Shown here in pieces: positions 16,955 to 25,438 of a DNA stretch of 25,438 bases. Made by a program: the position numbers and the translations under genes. The notes under the pieces were generated by a model, which saw only the letters and a list, made by a program, of their open reading frames with translations, was not told the DNA's origin and searched no databases. The stretch is from a virus. Positions within the stretch are counted from its first letter, which is position 1, and the number at the start of each line of letters is the position of its first letter. The DNA lies in the UHGV virus genome UHGV-0213490, one strand, 5' to 3'.

Positions 16955-18001
16955 ATGGCTAATACTGTAAAAATATCCAGTTGTGAGTCAATCAACGCTG
17001 ATTGCCTGGAATTTATCCAGACCTTACCGGAAAACTCTGTCGATCTGATAGTCACAGACCCGCCATACTTTAAAGTGAAGCCCGAGGGCTGGGATAACCA
17101 GTGGAAGGGCGACGATGATTACCTGAAATGGCTGGACCAGTGTCTGGCGCAATTCTGGCGGGTACTGAAGCCTGCCGGAAGTCTTTACCTGTTCTGTGGT
17201 CATCGCCTGGCATCTGATATCGAAATCATGATGCGTGAACGCTTTAATGTGCTGAACCACATTATCTGGGCGAAGCCGTCCGGGCGCTGGAACGGATGCA
17301 ACAAGGAAAGCCTGCGGACGTATTTCCCGGCAACAGAACGCATTCTGTTTGCAGAACATTATCAGGGGCCATACCAGCCCAAAAATGACGGCTATGCGGC
17401 AAAGGGGCGCGAGCTAAAACAGCACGTCATGGCCCCGCTGATTTCTTACTTTCGTGATGCGCGTGAATCACTGGGAATAACGTCAAAACAGATAGCGGAA
17501 GCCACCGGAAAGAAAAACATGGCTTCGCACTGGTTTGGTATCAGTCAGTGGCAGTTGCCGAACGAAGGCGATTATCTGAAATTACAGGCGTTGTTTGCGC
17601 GTGTTGCAGCAGAAAAACATCAGCGCGGTGAACTGGAAAAGCCACACCACCAGCTGGTCAGCACATACAGTGAACTGAACCGGCAATATGCCAGTCTGCT
17701 GGATGAGTACAAATCCCTGCGGCGTTATTTTTCCGTATCGGCTGCCGTTCCGTATACGGATGTCTGGACGCACAAGCCTGTGCAGTATTACCCCGGCAAA
17801 CATCCCTGTGAGAAACCGGCGGATATGTTGCGTCAGATAATTACCGCCAGCAGCCATCCGGGAGATTTGGTCGCTGATTTTTTTATGGGGTCGGGGTCAA
17901 CAATAAAAGCAGCATTATCGCTGGGAAGGCGTGCAATAGGTGTGGAACTGGAAGAAGAGAGATTTAACCAGACTGTAATTGAAATAAAAAATAATCGTTA
18001 A
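16955..18001 (+). CDS. Orphan DNA methyltransferase (beta-class N6-adenine/N4-cytosine)
   Basis: Motif IV DPPY (IVTDPPYF) precedes motif I FxGxG (DFFMGSGST); no adjacent restriction endonuclease. Confidence 0.85.
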   Translation: MANTVKISSCESINADCLEFIQTLPENSVDLIVTDPPYFKVKPEGWDNQWKGDDDYLKWLDQCLAQFWRVLKPAGSLYLFCGHRLASDIEIMMRERFNVLNHIIWAKPSGRWNGCNKESLRTYFPATERILFAEHYQGPYQPKNDGYAAKGRELKQHVMAPLISYFRDARESLGITSKQIAEATGKKNMASHWFGISQWQLPNEGDYLKLQALFARVAAEKHQRGELEKPHHQLVSTYSELNRQYASLLDEYKSLRRYFSVSAAVPYTDVWTHKPVQYYPGKHPCEKPADMLRQIITASSHPGDLVADFFMGSGSTIKAALSLGRRAIGVELEEERFNQTVIEIKNNR

Positions 18002-18170
18002 ATGTGTGTATCATCATTTCTGCATTTTATGAATAATAGAAATTTATACATATATTTACGAATATTGACACAGTTTTTAATTGAAAAAGTATCTGTCCTC
18101 ATTAATATTCCTTTTCGGTTCCGAGGGGGATGTAAAGCGCGGTCATTTTTATTTTTCCTGAGGAACCAAT

Positions 18171-18246
<76 letters not shown>

Positions 18247-18249
18247 TAT

Positions 18250-18324
<75 letters not shown>

Positions 18325-18685
18325 GCATTTGAAATAAGCCTTATTGTATTGCAGCACTGGCGTATTTTTATTACGTGGGAGCAGGTTGTTTTGAAAAAGC
18401 ATTCTGTTCTCTGGCTATGATTTGAGGCCAGGTTAGCCTCAGTGCTGATTTTTTTGCGACAGCAGAATGGTGCATTGCTGGTGGAGATTTTGTATTTCCT
18501 GGCAGGGTCGGTGATGCATCATTCTGGTGTTGTAAATAACACCACCGGGGTGTTCCTCAGAGCGAGGGTGGTTAAAAGAGTCGGTTTAACGGGAAATCAC
18601 AGTATTCATACAGGACGGAATACTTCGGGAGGCACCCGACACCTCGGTTTTATTACAATTAAGAATGTATTTCTTGCATTGACCA

Positions 18686-18711
18686 ACCGCCGTATCCGGC
18701 GGTTTTTTTTA
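18686..18711 (+). terminator. Rho-independent terminator
   Basis: CCGCCG-tatc-CGGCGG followed by TTTTTTTT. Confidence 0.7.
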
Positions 18712-18843
18712 TTCAGAATTCCGTTTCTTTATGGTTCGCTGCGGCGGGCCTTTTTCATATCTGCGCTTTACTCAACGTGTATTGAATCTGAATACATCAC
18801 ATAAAAGACATCGGCGGGTGCCTTTGACGGGGTGTTTTATTAC

Positions 18844-18866
18844 GGGCCGCTGGTGGCCCTTTTTTA
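18844..18866 (+). terminator. Rho-independent terminator just upstream of the lysis cassette
   Basis: GGGCC-gctggt-GGCCC followed by TTTTTT, 19 nt before the holin RBS. Confidence 0.7.
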
Positions 18867-18884
18867 TTTACAGGAGAAAAAAGT

Positions 18885-19274
18885 ATGTCTGAACCCTTAT
18901 CCGGTTCCGGCACGGCTGCGGCGCTCGGTGGGGCGACGGTATTCGGGCTGTTTACCGGAACGGATTTCGGGATTGTATTTGGTGCGTTCGCTGGTGCGTT
19001 GTTTGTGGCAACAATGCCGCAGACACTTTCAGCCTGGCGTGTGGCTGCACATTTTCTGGTGTCCTTTATTGTTGGTGTGCTTGGGGCGGATGTGATGGCG
19101 TCTTACCTGGTTGAAAAACTGAATCTCCACAGCACATCTCTCGACGCGCTTTGCGCGGTACTGGTATCGGTGGTGTCGGTGAAGATTCTCTCATTCATCC
19201 ACCAGCAGGATATCGCATCGCTGTTATCCGGGCTGTTCTCCCGTCTGCGGGGTGGAGGCGGTAATGTTAAGTAA
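18885..19274 (+). CDS. Putative holin (multi-TM membrane protein)
   Basis: 129-aa ORF with GGAGAAAAAAG RBS; Gly/Ala-rich TM helices; first gene of the lysis cassette. Confidence 0.55.
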   Translation: MSEPLSGSGTAAALGGATVFGLFTGTDFGIVFGAFAGALFVATMPQTLSAWRVAAHFLVSFIVGVLGADVMASYLVEKLNLHSTSLDALCAVLVSVVSVKILSFIHQQDIASLLSGLFSRLRGGGGNVK

Positions 19275-19292
19275 CCTTCCCGGATTACTGAT

Positions 19293-19541
19293 GTGGTGTT
19301 AAGCACGGTTATCGTGCTGACGCTCTTTTTTTATCGTCGTGGTGAGTCGAGACATAAACCGCTGATGTCGTGGCTGGCCTGGCTGCTGATGCTGCTTTAT
19401 GCCTTTGCGCCGCTTTGTTATCTGTGTGGTCGCTTTCCACCCGGTAACTGGCTGGTCGTCCTGATTAACCTAGTGTTCTGCGTGCTGGTGATACGAGCAC
19501 GCGGGAACGTATCAAGAATCCTTGTATTACGAAGGCGCTGA
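19293..19541 (+). CDS. Small membrane protein in lysis cassette (possible holin/antiholin partner)
   Basis: GTG start at 19293 or ATG at 19365; two hydrophobic helices; ends 1 nt before the endolysin ATG. Confidence 0.4.
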   Translation: MVLSTVIVLTLFFYRRGESRHKPLMSWLAWLLMLLYAFAPLCYLCGRFPPGNWLVVLINLVFCVLVIRARGNVSRILVLRRR

Positions 19542-19542
19542 T

Positions 19543-20088
19543 ATGAAGTCGAAAGATGAAATTTTTGACGAAATTCTGGGAAAAGAGGGCGGTTACGTCA
19601 ATCACCCGGATGATAAAGGTGGTCCGACTAAATGGGGCATCACTGAAAAAGTTGCCCGTGCACACGGTTATCAGGGCGATATGCGTGACCTGACGCGTGG
19701 GCAGGCGCTGGAAATACTCGAGGCGGACTACTGGTACGGACCACGATTCGACCAGGTTGAGGACCTGTCTCCTGATATTGCCGCAGAGTTGTGCGATACG
19801 GGCGTGAACATGGGGCCAACTGTGGCGTCCAGAATGCTTCAGCGCTGGCTGAACGTTTTCAACCTGCGCGGGAAACTCTATCCGGATATGGATGCTGATG
19901 GACGCATCGGGCCGCGTACTCTTAATGCATTACGGGCATATCTGAAAAATCGCAGCAGGGATGGTGAACTGGTACTGGTGAAAGCCCTGAACTGTACGCA
20001 GGGCGAGCGTTATCTGGAGCTGGCAGAGAAACGCGAGGCCAATGAGTCGTTTGTCTATGGCTGGCTGAAAGAGCGCGTGGTGGTTTAA
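19543..20088 (+). CDS. Endolysin, GH108-type muramidase with peptidoglycan-binding domain
   Basis: MKSKDEIFDEILGKEGGYVNHPDDKGGPTKWGIT is the typical GH108 N-terminus; C-terminal PG-binding-like region; alternative upstream ATG at 19522. Confidence 0.8.
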   Translation: MKSKDEIFDEILGKEGGYVNHPDDKGGPTKWGITEKVARAHGYQGDMRDLTRGQALEILEADYWYGPRFDQVEDLSPDIAAELCDTGVNMGPTVASRMLQRWLNVFNLRGKLYPDMDADGRIGPRTLNALRAYLKNRSRDGELVLVKALNCTQGERYLELAEKREANESFVYGWLKERVVV

Positions 20089-20184
20089 AAACTGACACTG
20101 AAGTGCTGAACACCCTCAACTCATGCAGGCTCTTTTCTGGGGCTACGATGAGCGAAAGTAAGGGGCATAGCATCAGATAGCAAA

Positions 20185-20220
20185 AACCCCGGCTGCGGTA
20201 ACAGTCCGGGGTTTTCTGTT
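20185..20220 (+). terminator. Rho-independent terminator after the endolysin
   Basis: CCCCGGCTG-cggtaa-CAGtCCGGGG followed by a T-rich run. Confidence 0.65.
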
Positions 20221-20248
20221 TCTGGCCTTGGGTAAGGCAAAGGAGAAC

Positions 20249-20431
20249 ATGAGGAAGTATAAACTAATTCTGTTGAGGTTGACTATGAAAAACGGCCTTG
20301 AATTGAAAGCGCCTGTAACTGATGACATCAGCAGAGCGGTGGCTTTTGCCATTAAGTGGGTGGCGGTCGGTATCACTGTGTCTCCGATTCTGTATGGGAT
20401 GGCAAAATTGATCATTGCTGTGAAATCGTAA
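20249..20431 (+). CDS. Small protein with C-terminal TM helix
   Basis: 60-aa ORF with AAGGAGAA RBS; C-terminal AVAFAIKWVAVGITVSPILYGMAKLIIAV. Confidence 0.45.
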   Translation: MRKYKLILLRLTMKNGLELKAPVTDDISRAVAFAIKWVAVGITVSPILYGMAKLIIAVKS

Positions 20432-20448
20432 GTGGGGCAGGGGTAAAT

Positions 20449-20583
20449 ATGTCAGATAGCATTATAAAACTGGCGCGAATTCTCTGTGTGGTTGTTGGCC
20501 TTTCATTTTCAGCAATGTTGGTTGCCATTTTCATTTCCACCGCCTGGCGAGTATTGAGCCTATCCGGATTGATTGGTGGATAG
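20449..20583 (+). CDS. 44-aa single-TM micro-protein
   Basis: ATG 20449 after GGGGCAGGGG; MSDSIIKLARILCVVVGLSFSAMLVAIFIST. Confidence 0.4.
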   Translation: MSDSIIKLARILCVVVGLSFSAMLVAIFISTAWRVLSLSGLIGG

Positions 20584-20587
20584 TGAG

Positions 20588-20770
20588 ATGAAGCGAAAAC
20601 ACTGGACACACAGAATGCCGCGAACGGCGGCGAAATGGGCACTGGTAGCGATACTGGTGCCTTTTTTCCTGGTGGGATGCGTCAGCCTGGATAAGGCGCG
20701 CCAGCTTTTCGATACAGCTTCTCAGATCTGTGAAATTGTCGACGGTGTTCGGCAGTGTATGCAGAACTGA
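20588..20770 (+). CDS. Small lipoprotein
   Basis: 60-aa ORF with signal peptide and lipobox (ALVAILVPFFLVGC); two further Cys in the mature part. Confidence 0.5.
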   Translation: MKRKHWTHRMPRTAAKWALVAILVPFFLVGCVSLDKARQLFDTASQICEIVDGVRQCMQN

Positions 20771-20944
20771 TCGCCTGTAAGAGCAGAATATTTTGCTGAA
20801 AAATGAAGGATGCGCCGGCGTCCGGAAAGCATGAAATTCTGTGTTTGTGGCTACTCAATAAAATAAATTCTTTCTGTCTGCGCGAATACTCAAATGTTGA
20901 TCAGCGCCCGGGGCGGTGACGGGCTTCGATATCAGGAGAAGATA

Positions 20945-21337
20945 ATGGAAAAGAAAGAAGACAAACCAATGGTAATTGGTGCTGTGGCTGTTCCGTTTAA
21001 GTTTGAACTGTCACAACTGGTGGAGATGCGCATCAGTGATGAATGGGGTGAGGTTAAAGCTCGCGCGCAGTATGCGGATGGCGAAAACCAGTACTTGATC
21101 CACTACAAGGCTGCTGATGGTCGCGCCACAACGGCGTGGTTTGGTGAGTCAATGCTGGAAGCAACAGAAGATGATCGCCATCCGGGCTGTCCGGTATTTG
21201 CCGGTATGAAATTACCGGAAGGTGCAGTTGAACTGCAGCCGGGTGAGGTGTTCGTAATGTCAGAAGTCATTGATGGCAAACCGCAGTATTCACGTATTGA
21301 AACTAACGGCAAGGACGTTTGTCTGGTTAGCAAGTAA
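20945..21337 (+). CDS. Hypothetical protein upstream of cos
   Basis: 130-aa ORF from ATG 20945 (MEKKEDKPMVIGAVAVPF...) with AGGAGAAGA RBS. Confidence 0.5.
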   Translation: MEKKEDKPMVIGAVAVPFKFELSQLVEMRISDEWGEVKARAQYADGENQYLIHYKAADGRATTAWFGESMLEATEDDRHPGCPVFAGMKLPEGAVELQPGEVFVMSEVIDGKPQYSRIETNGKDVCLVSK

Positions 21338-21724
21338 CTTGCATTACAGCAGCCCTTCAGTGAGGGGCTGCGATAATGTGAGAAATAAAAAACCGGTCAC
21401 AGGGAGTGGCTACACAGAACCGGCCGGCGAAGATCGCCAATACCACCCATGCTTCAGTAAAACATACATATGACATTAGCTGGTATTGATGTAAATGCAA
21501 TGTTACGCATCGACAAAAATAAAAAACCGGCAGGGGAAATCCATTGAAGATTTGCCGGTGGCAAAAGAGGGCCATGTTTTTAACCTTAGTCGCAGAGTTA
21601 CGGAGTGCAACTACGAATGCTGCCGGTATATGGCTGAATGGCGTTTCAATGATGTACGTCATCTTATCTGTAAATGTTAATGATAAACGCTCTCATTTGT
21701 GTGGGTCCTTCCGGTGGGGAGGCC

Positions 21725-21750
21725 TTCCACGGGGCGGGAGCGTCGCGGAA
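21725..21750. other. cos site (cosN-like) for DNA packaging
   Basis: CACGGGGCGGGAGCGTCGCGG closely resembles lambda cosN (ACGGGGCGGCGACCTCGCGG, from memory), about 180 bp upstream of the Nu1-like gene with an A/T-rich cosB-like tract between. Confidence 0.6.
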
Positions 21751-21927
21751 AAAGGCTAGTTTTTGCATTTTCATTCATCATCATCATCTTTTCAATGCAT
21801 TGAATTTAAACGAATTTTATTTTTAGTATGTTAATTTTGCGTGTTTTTTGGTCAACATATAACGCACTTTATAACGCTTTTTGAAAAGGTGTTCGCAAGA
21901 TGCATGTTTAAAACGTCAGGAGGGGAT

Positions 21928-22419
21928 ATGGATCGTGAGTTGAAAAATCTGATGCTGAACATTAACCAACTGGCGGCAATAGCAGGTATATGTCGTCAGA
22001 CTGCGGCGGCAAGACTGCAAAACATCCAGCCCGCCGGAGGACATGACAAGTTAAAGCTCTACCGGGTGGCAGATATTGTGTCGGCATTTCTGGCATTACC
22101 ACCGCCAGTTGCAGAAGGCGAAATGGACGCGCATGAGCGCAAAGCCTGGTATCAGTCTGAGCGTGAACGTCTTAAGTTTGAACAGGAAACAGCACAACTT
22201 ATTCCGGCAAGCGATGTCAGGCGGGAATTTGCCATCTGGGCAAAAGCGGTGGTACAGGTGCTGGAGACATTACCCGATGTTCTGGAGCGTGACTGCGGTC
22301 TGCAGCCCACTGCTGTAAGTCGTGTTCAGACCATCATTGATGATCTGCGCGATCAGATAGCCCAACGGGTGACCGAAACAGGTGCGGATGATGAGGAGGA
22401 ATTACATCAGGAGGAGTAA
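21928..22419 (+). CDS. Terminase small subunit (lambda Nu1-like)
   Basis: MDRELKNLMLNINQLAAIAGICRQTAAARLQNI is an N-terminal HTH comparable to Nu1; acidic C-terminus; lies just downstream of cos. Confidence 0.7.
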   Translation: MDRELKNLMLNINQLAAIAGICRQTAAARLQNIQPAGGHDKLKLYRVADIVSAFLALPPPVAEGEMDAHERKAWYQSERERLKFEQETAQLIPASDVRREFAIWAKAVVQVLETLPDVLERDCGLQPTAVSRVQTIIDDLRDQIAQRVTETGADDEEELHQEE

Positions 22420-22501
22420 TGCTGAATCAGGAAACCGCAAAGGCAGCACGAACCGATTCAGGTTATATCCTTCGTGCACCGAGACGAATGCGGATTGCTG
22501 A

Positions 22502-23524
22502 TGCTGTCGCTCAATATATGCGGGTATTCTTGCGAAATCGACCGTTGCTGCCGTTATCGAATACCTCGGTTTACAGGAAACGGTAAATCAGGCTTCTGGC
22601 GCATTACAGAAAAACCAGAACGGCGCAGATATTCCAGGAAAAGATACCTTCACCAAAAATATTGGTGCCTGCCGCGCATATAGCGCATGGCTGAATATTG
22701 GTGGCGATAGTCAGGTCTGGACAACCGCGCAATTTATTTCGTGGCTGGAGAGTCAGGGAGCATTTAACCATCCTTACTGGATGTGCAAAGGCTCATGGGC
22801 TTATGCAAACAATAAGGTCATTACAGATACAGGTTGCGGAAATATTTGTCTTGCAGGTGCTGTGGTGGAAGTTATTGGCACTCGCGGCGCAATGACCATA
22901 CGCGTTACCACGCCGAGTACGTCCAGCGGCGGCGGAATCACTAACGCTCAATTCACTTATATTAATCATGGTGATGCTTACGCTCCTGGCTGGCGACGAG
23001 ACTACAACACGAAAAACCAGCAGCCTGCATTTGCTTTAGGGCAAACAGGAAGCACTGTCGGAAATGATAAAGCTGTTGGCTGGAACTGGAATAGCGGGGT
23101 CTATAACGCAAATATTGGTGGCGCATCGACATTAATCCTCCATTTCAATATGAATGCGGGGAGTTGCCCTGCTGTACAGTTCCGCGTGAATTATAAGAAC
23201 GGCGGTATTTTTTATCGTTCAGCGCGTGATGCTTATGGATTTGAGACTGACTGGTCAGAATTCTACACCACAACACGTAAGCCATCAGCGGGAGATGTTG
23301 GTGCATATACGCGGGCAGAATGTAACTCAAGGTTTATTACAGGTATTCGCCTTGGCGGTCTGTTATCTGTTAAGACATGGCATGGTTCTGGCTGGTCTGA
23401 CAGGTCAGGTTATGTCGTTACGGGTTCAGTTAACGAAAACCGTGATGAATTAATTGATACAATTCAGGCAAGGCCAATTCAGTATTGCATTAATGGGGTG
23501 TGGTATAACGCGGGGAGTATTTAA
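22502..23524 (+). pseudogene. Side tail fibre protein, 3' fragment (N-terminal part missing)
   Basis: Open frame with no start before the in-frame TGA at 22499-22501; GALQKNQNGADIPGKD resembles the conserved RLQKDQNGADIPDKG motif of lambda-type Stf; followed by tfa. Confidence 0.6.
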
Positions 23525-23526
23525 CG

Positions 23527-24069
23527 ATGATGCACTTAAAAAACATTACTGCTGGAAACCCTAAAACAAAAGAGCAATACCAGCTAACGAAACAATTTAA
23601 CATCAAATGGCTTTATACAGAGGATGGGAAAAACTGGTATGAGGAACAAAAGAACTTTCAGCCTGATACGTTGAAAATGGTCTATGACCACAACGGCGTT
23701 ATTATTTGTATTGAAAAGGATGTTTCAGCAATTAATCCGGAAGGCGCAAGCGTCGTTGAATTACCTGATATTACAGCAAATCGCCGGGCTGATATTTCGG
23801 GTAAATGGATGTTTAAGGATGGCGTGGTAATTAACCGGGAATGCACTTATGAAGAACTGGTGCAGCAGGCAAAAAATAAAAAGAGCTTATTAATGCGACA
23901 GGCCGATGATTGCATGGCACCCCTTCGGGATGCTGTGGATTTGGATATGGCGACAGAGGGGGAAAAGGAACAGTTACTGACCTGGAAGAAATATCGGGTG
24001 TTACTAAACCGTGTTGATACATCGACCGCGCCGGATATTGAATGGCCGGAAGAACCAGACACAATGTAA
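23527..24069 (+). CDS. tfa: Tail fibre assembly protein
   Basis: [48 protein letters not shown]...[16 protein letters not shown] is a typical Tfa sequence. Confidence 0.85.
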   Translation: MMHLKNITAGNPKTKEQYQLTKQFNIKWLYTEDGKNWYEEQKNFQPDTLKMVYDHNGVIICIEKDVSAINPEGASVVELPDITANRRADISGKWMFKDGVVINRECTYEELVQQAKNKKSLLMRQADDCMAPLRDAVDLDMATEGEKEQLLTWKKYRVLLNRVDTSTAPDIEWPEEPDTM

Positions 24070-24232
24070 GCGAAAAGAAAAACCGCAGACACGACGTATG
24101 CAGGACGTGCTGCGGTTGGCTGGCGAACTTTCGATAGTGCGAGTATTGAATGATTTCCAGCCGTTATTGATTTTATATAACTGTAGTGGAGTTATTCAAC
24201 ACACAGGCAAAACGGAATAATCTGAGAAAAAA

Positions 24233-24262
24233 GCGTGCTTCGCCAATCAGGGGGCGAAGCAC
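24233..24262. terminator. Strong hairpin (11-bp perfect stem), likely minus-strand terminator
   Basis: CGTGCTTCGCC-aatcaggg-GGCGAAGCACG; a T-run follows on the minus strand. Confidence 0.5.
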
Positions 24263-24525
24263 GTCTGAATGACACCTGAAAATTTCCCGTCCGTTAAGTG
24301 TCCGTCCCGAGAGAAGTGGGGAACCATAACACCCTGTCGGGACGCAGAAAGAAACAACACAACTTGCAGGGATATTTTCTTGATAAAGCATGAATGAGCA
24401 AGTGATTGTTTGTGCTGGCAGGGATTTTAGGAATTTTTTGGCAGAAAATATACCAATTGGTATACCAAGTTTATACCAAGAGCCAAAAAGCAAAGGGGCT
24501 ACCATTCGGTAACCCCTTGATTATC

Positions 24526-24613
24526 TGGCGGAAGCGCAGAGATTCGAACTCTGGAACCCTTTCGGGTCGCCGGTTTTCAAGACCGGTGCCTTCAACCGCT
24601 CGGCCACACTTCC
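24526..24613 (-). tRNA. serT: tRNA-Ser(UGA), host serT
   Basis: Reverse complement reads GGAAGTGTGGCCGAGCGGTTGAAGGCACCGGTCTTGAAAACCGG...GAGTTCGAATCTCTGCGCTTCCGCCA: long variable arm, anticodon UGA, 88 nt. Confidence 0.9.
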
Positions 24614-25039
24614 GGAATGACGCGCACTATAAACATCCCGATGCGGCGTGTAAACCCCTAATTTGTTTGTTTGCCTGAAAAACAGCCAAAAGTGCATTGA
24701 TAGCGTGAAATAACAGCAGATTGATCATTTCATCACCATGAATTCCTTCTCTTTTACTCGTTTAGCAACCGGCTAAACATCCCCACCGCCCGGCCAAAAG
24801 AAAAATAGGTCCATTTTTATCGCTAAAAGATAAATCCACACAGTTTGTATTGTTTTGTGCAAAAGTTTCACTACGCTTTATTAACAATACTTTCTGGCGA
24901 CGTGTGCCAGTGCAGAAGGATGAGCTTTCGTTTTCAGCATCTCACGTGAAGCGATGGTTTGCCTTGCTACAGGGACGTCGCTTGCCGACCATGTGCGCCC
25001 GGTGTCCTGCCGGTGTCGCAAGGAGAAGAGACGTGCGAT

Positions 25040-25438
25040 ATGAATAACGAGGAAACATTTTACCAGGCCATGCGGCGTCAGGGCGTTACCCGGCGCAGCT
25101 TTCTCAAATATTGTAGTCTGGCTGCCACGTCGCTGGGATTAGGCGCGGGAATGGCACCAAAGATTGCCTGGGCGCTGGAGAACAAACCCCGCATTCCGGT
25201 GGTATGGATCCACGGTCTGGAATGCACCTGCTGTACCGAATCTTTTATCCGCTCCGCTCACCCACTGGCGAAGGACGTCATCCTTTCCCTGATTTCCCTC
25301 GATTACGACGATACTTTGATGGCTGCCGCCGGAACCCAGGCGGAAGAAGTCTTTGAAGACATCATCGCGCAATACAATGGCAAATATATCCTCGCAGTAG
25401 AAGGTAATCCGCCGCTGGGCGAGCAGGGGATGTTCTGT
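25040..25438 (+). CDS. hyaA: Hydrogenase-1 small subunit HyaA, 5' portion (runs off window)
   Basis: [37 protein letters not shown] has a Tat signal and matches E. coli HyaA; HGLECTCC cluster motif; GGAGAAGAG RBS. Confidence 0.9.
   Translation, partial: MNNEETFYQAMRRQGVTRRSFLKYCSLAATSLGLGAGMAPKIAWALENKPRIPVVWIHGLECTCCTESFIRSAHPLAKDVILSLISLDYDDTLMAAAGTQAEEVFEDIIAQYNGKYILAVEGNPPLGEQGMFC

Noticed and set aside
18442-18804. 120-aa plus-strand ORF between the tRNAs and the holin
   Set aside because: Arg-rich, low-complexity translation, no RBS, and it spans a rho-independent terminator; most likely non-coding.
18325-18884. Looked for stxA/stxB or another toxin in the tRNA-to-lysis interval
   Set aside because: No ORF with a signal peptide or A/B-subunit features is present; the interval holds only hairpins and terminators.
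22419-22586. 55-codon ORF (MLNQETAKAARTDSGYILRAP...) starting at the small-terminase stop, considered as large terminase
   Set aside because: Far too short and lacks ATPase motifs; best read as a remnant at the deletion junction.
24173-24505. 110-aa minus-strand ORF between tfa and serT
   Set aside because: Lies across the putative attR arm repeats and a terminator hairpin; no RBS; likely non-coding junction DNA.

Overview
The window is almost entirely a cryptic lambdoid prophage (about 24.5 kb) in an Escherichia/Shigella-type genome, running from its integrase (window start) to host serT tRNA and hyaA at the right edge. Gene order is canonical: int-xis, a 752-aa exonuclease-domain protein, a leftward early operon, a RacR-like repressor with divergent YdaS/YdaT-like genes and palindromic operators, an O-like replication initiator carrying iterons, a nin-like region (Ea22-like, HNH endonuclease, DUF551), a hok/sok-type locus, a Fic/Doc-type toxin module bracketed by duplicated terminators, DUF968, RusA and Q. 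Directly after Q sits an AT-rich two-gene minus-strand cassette (multi-TM membrane protein plus a 294-aa protein), which is the best candidate for an undescribed defence/abortive-infection system. Downstream are an orphan DNA methyltransferase, two tRNAs, lysis genes, a lambda-like cos site, and a Nu1-like small terminase abutting a tail-fibre 3' fragment plus Tfa, so the morphogenesis genes are deleted. No Shiga toxin, CRISPR array or IS element was seen. All family assignments are from reading the translations and from memory of these families; no database search was run.
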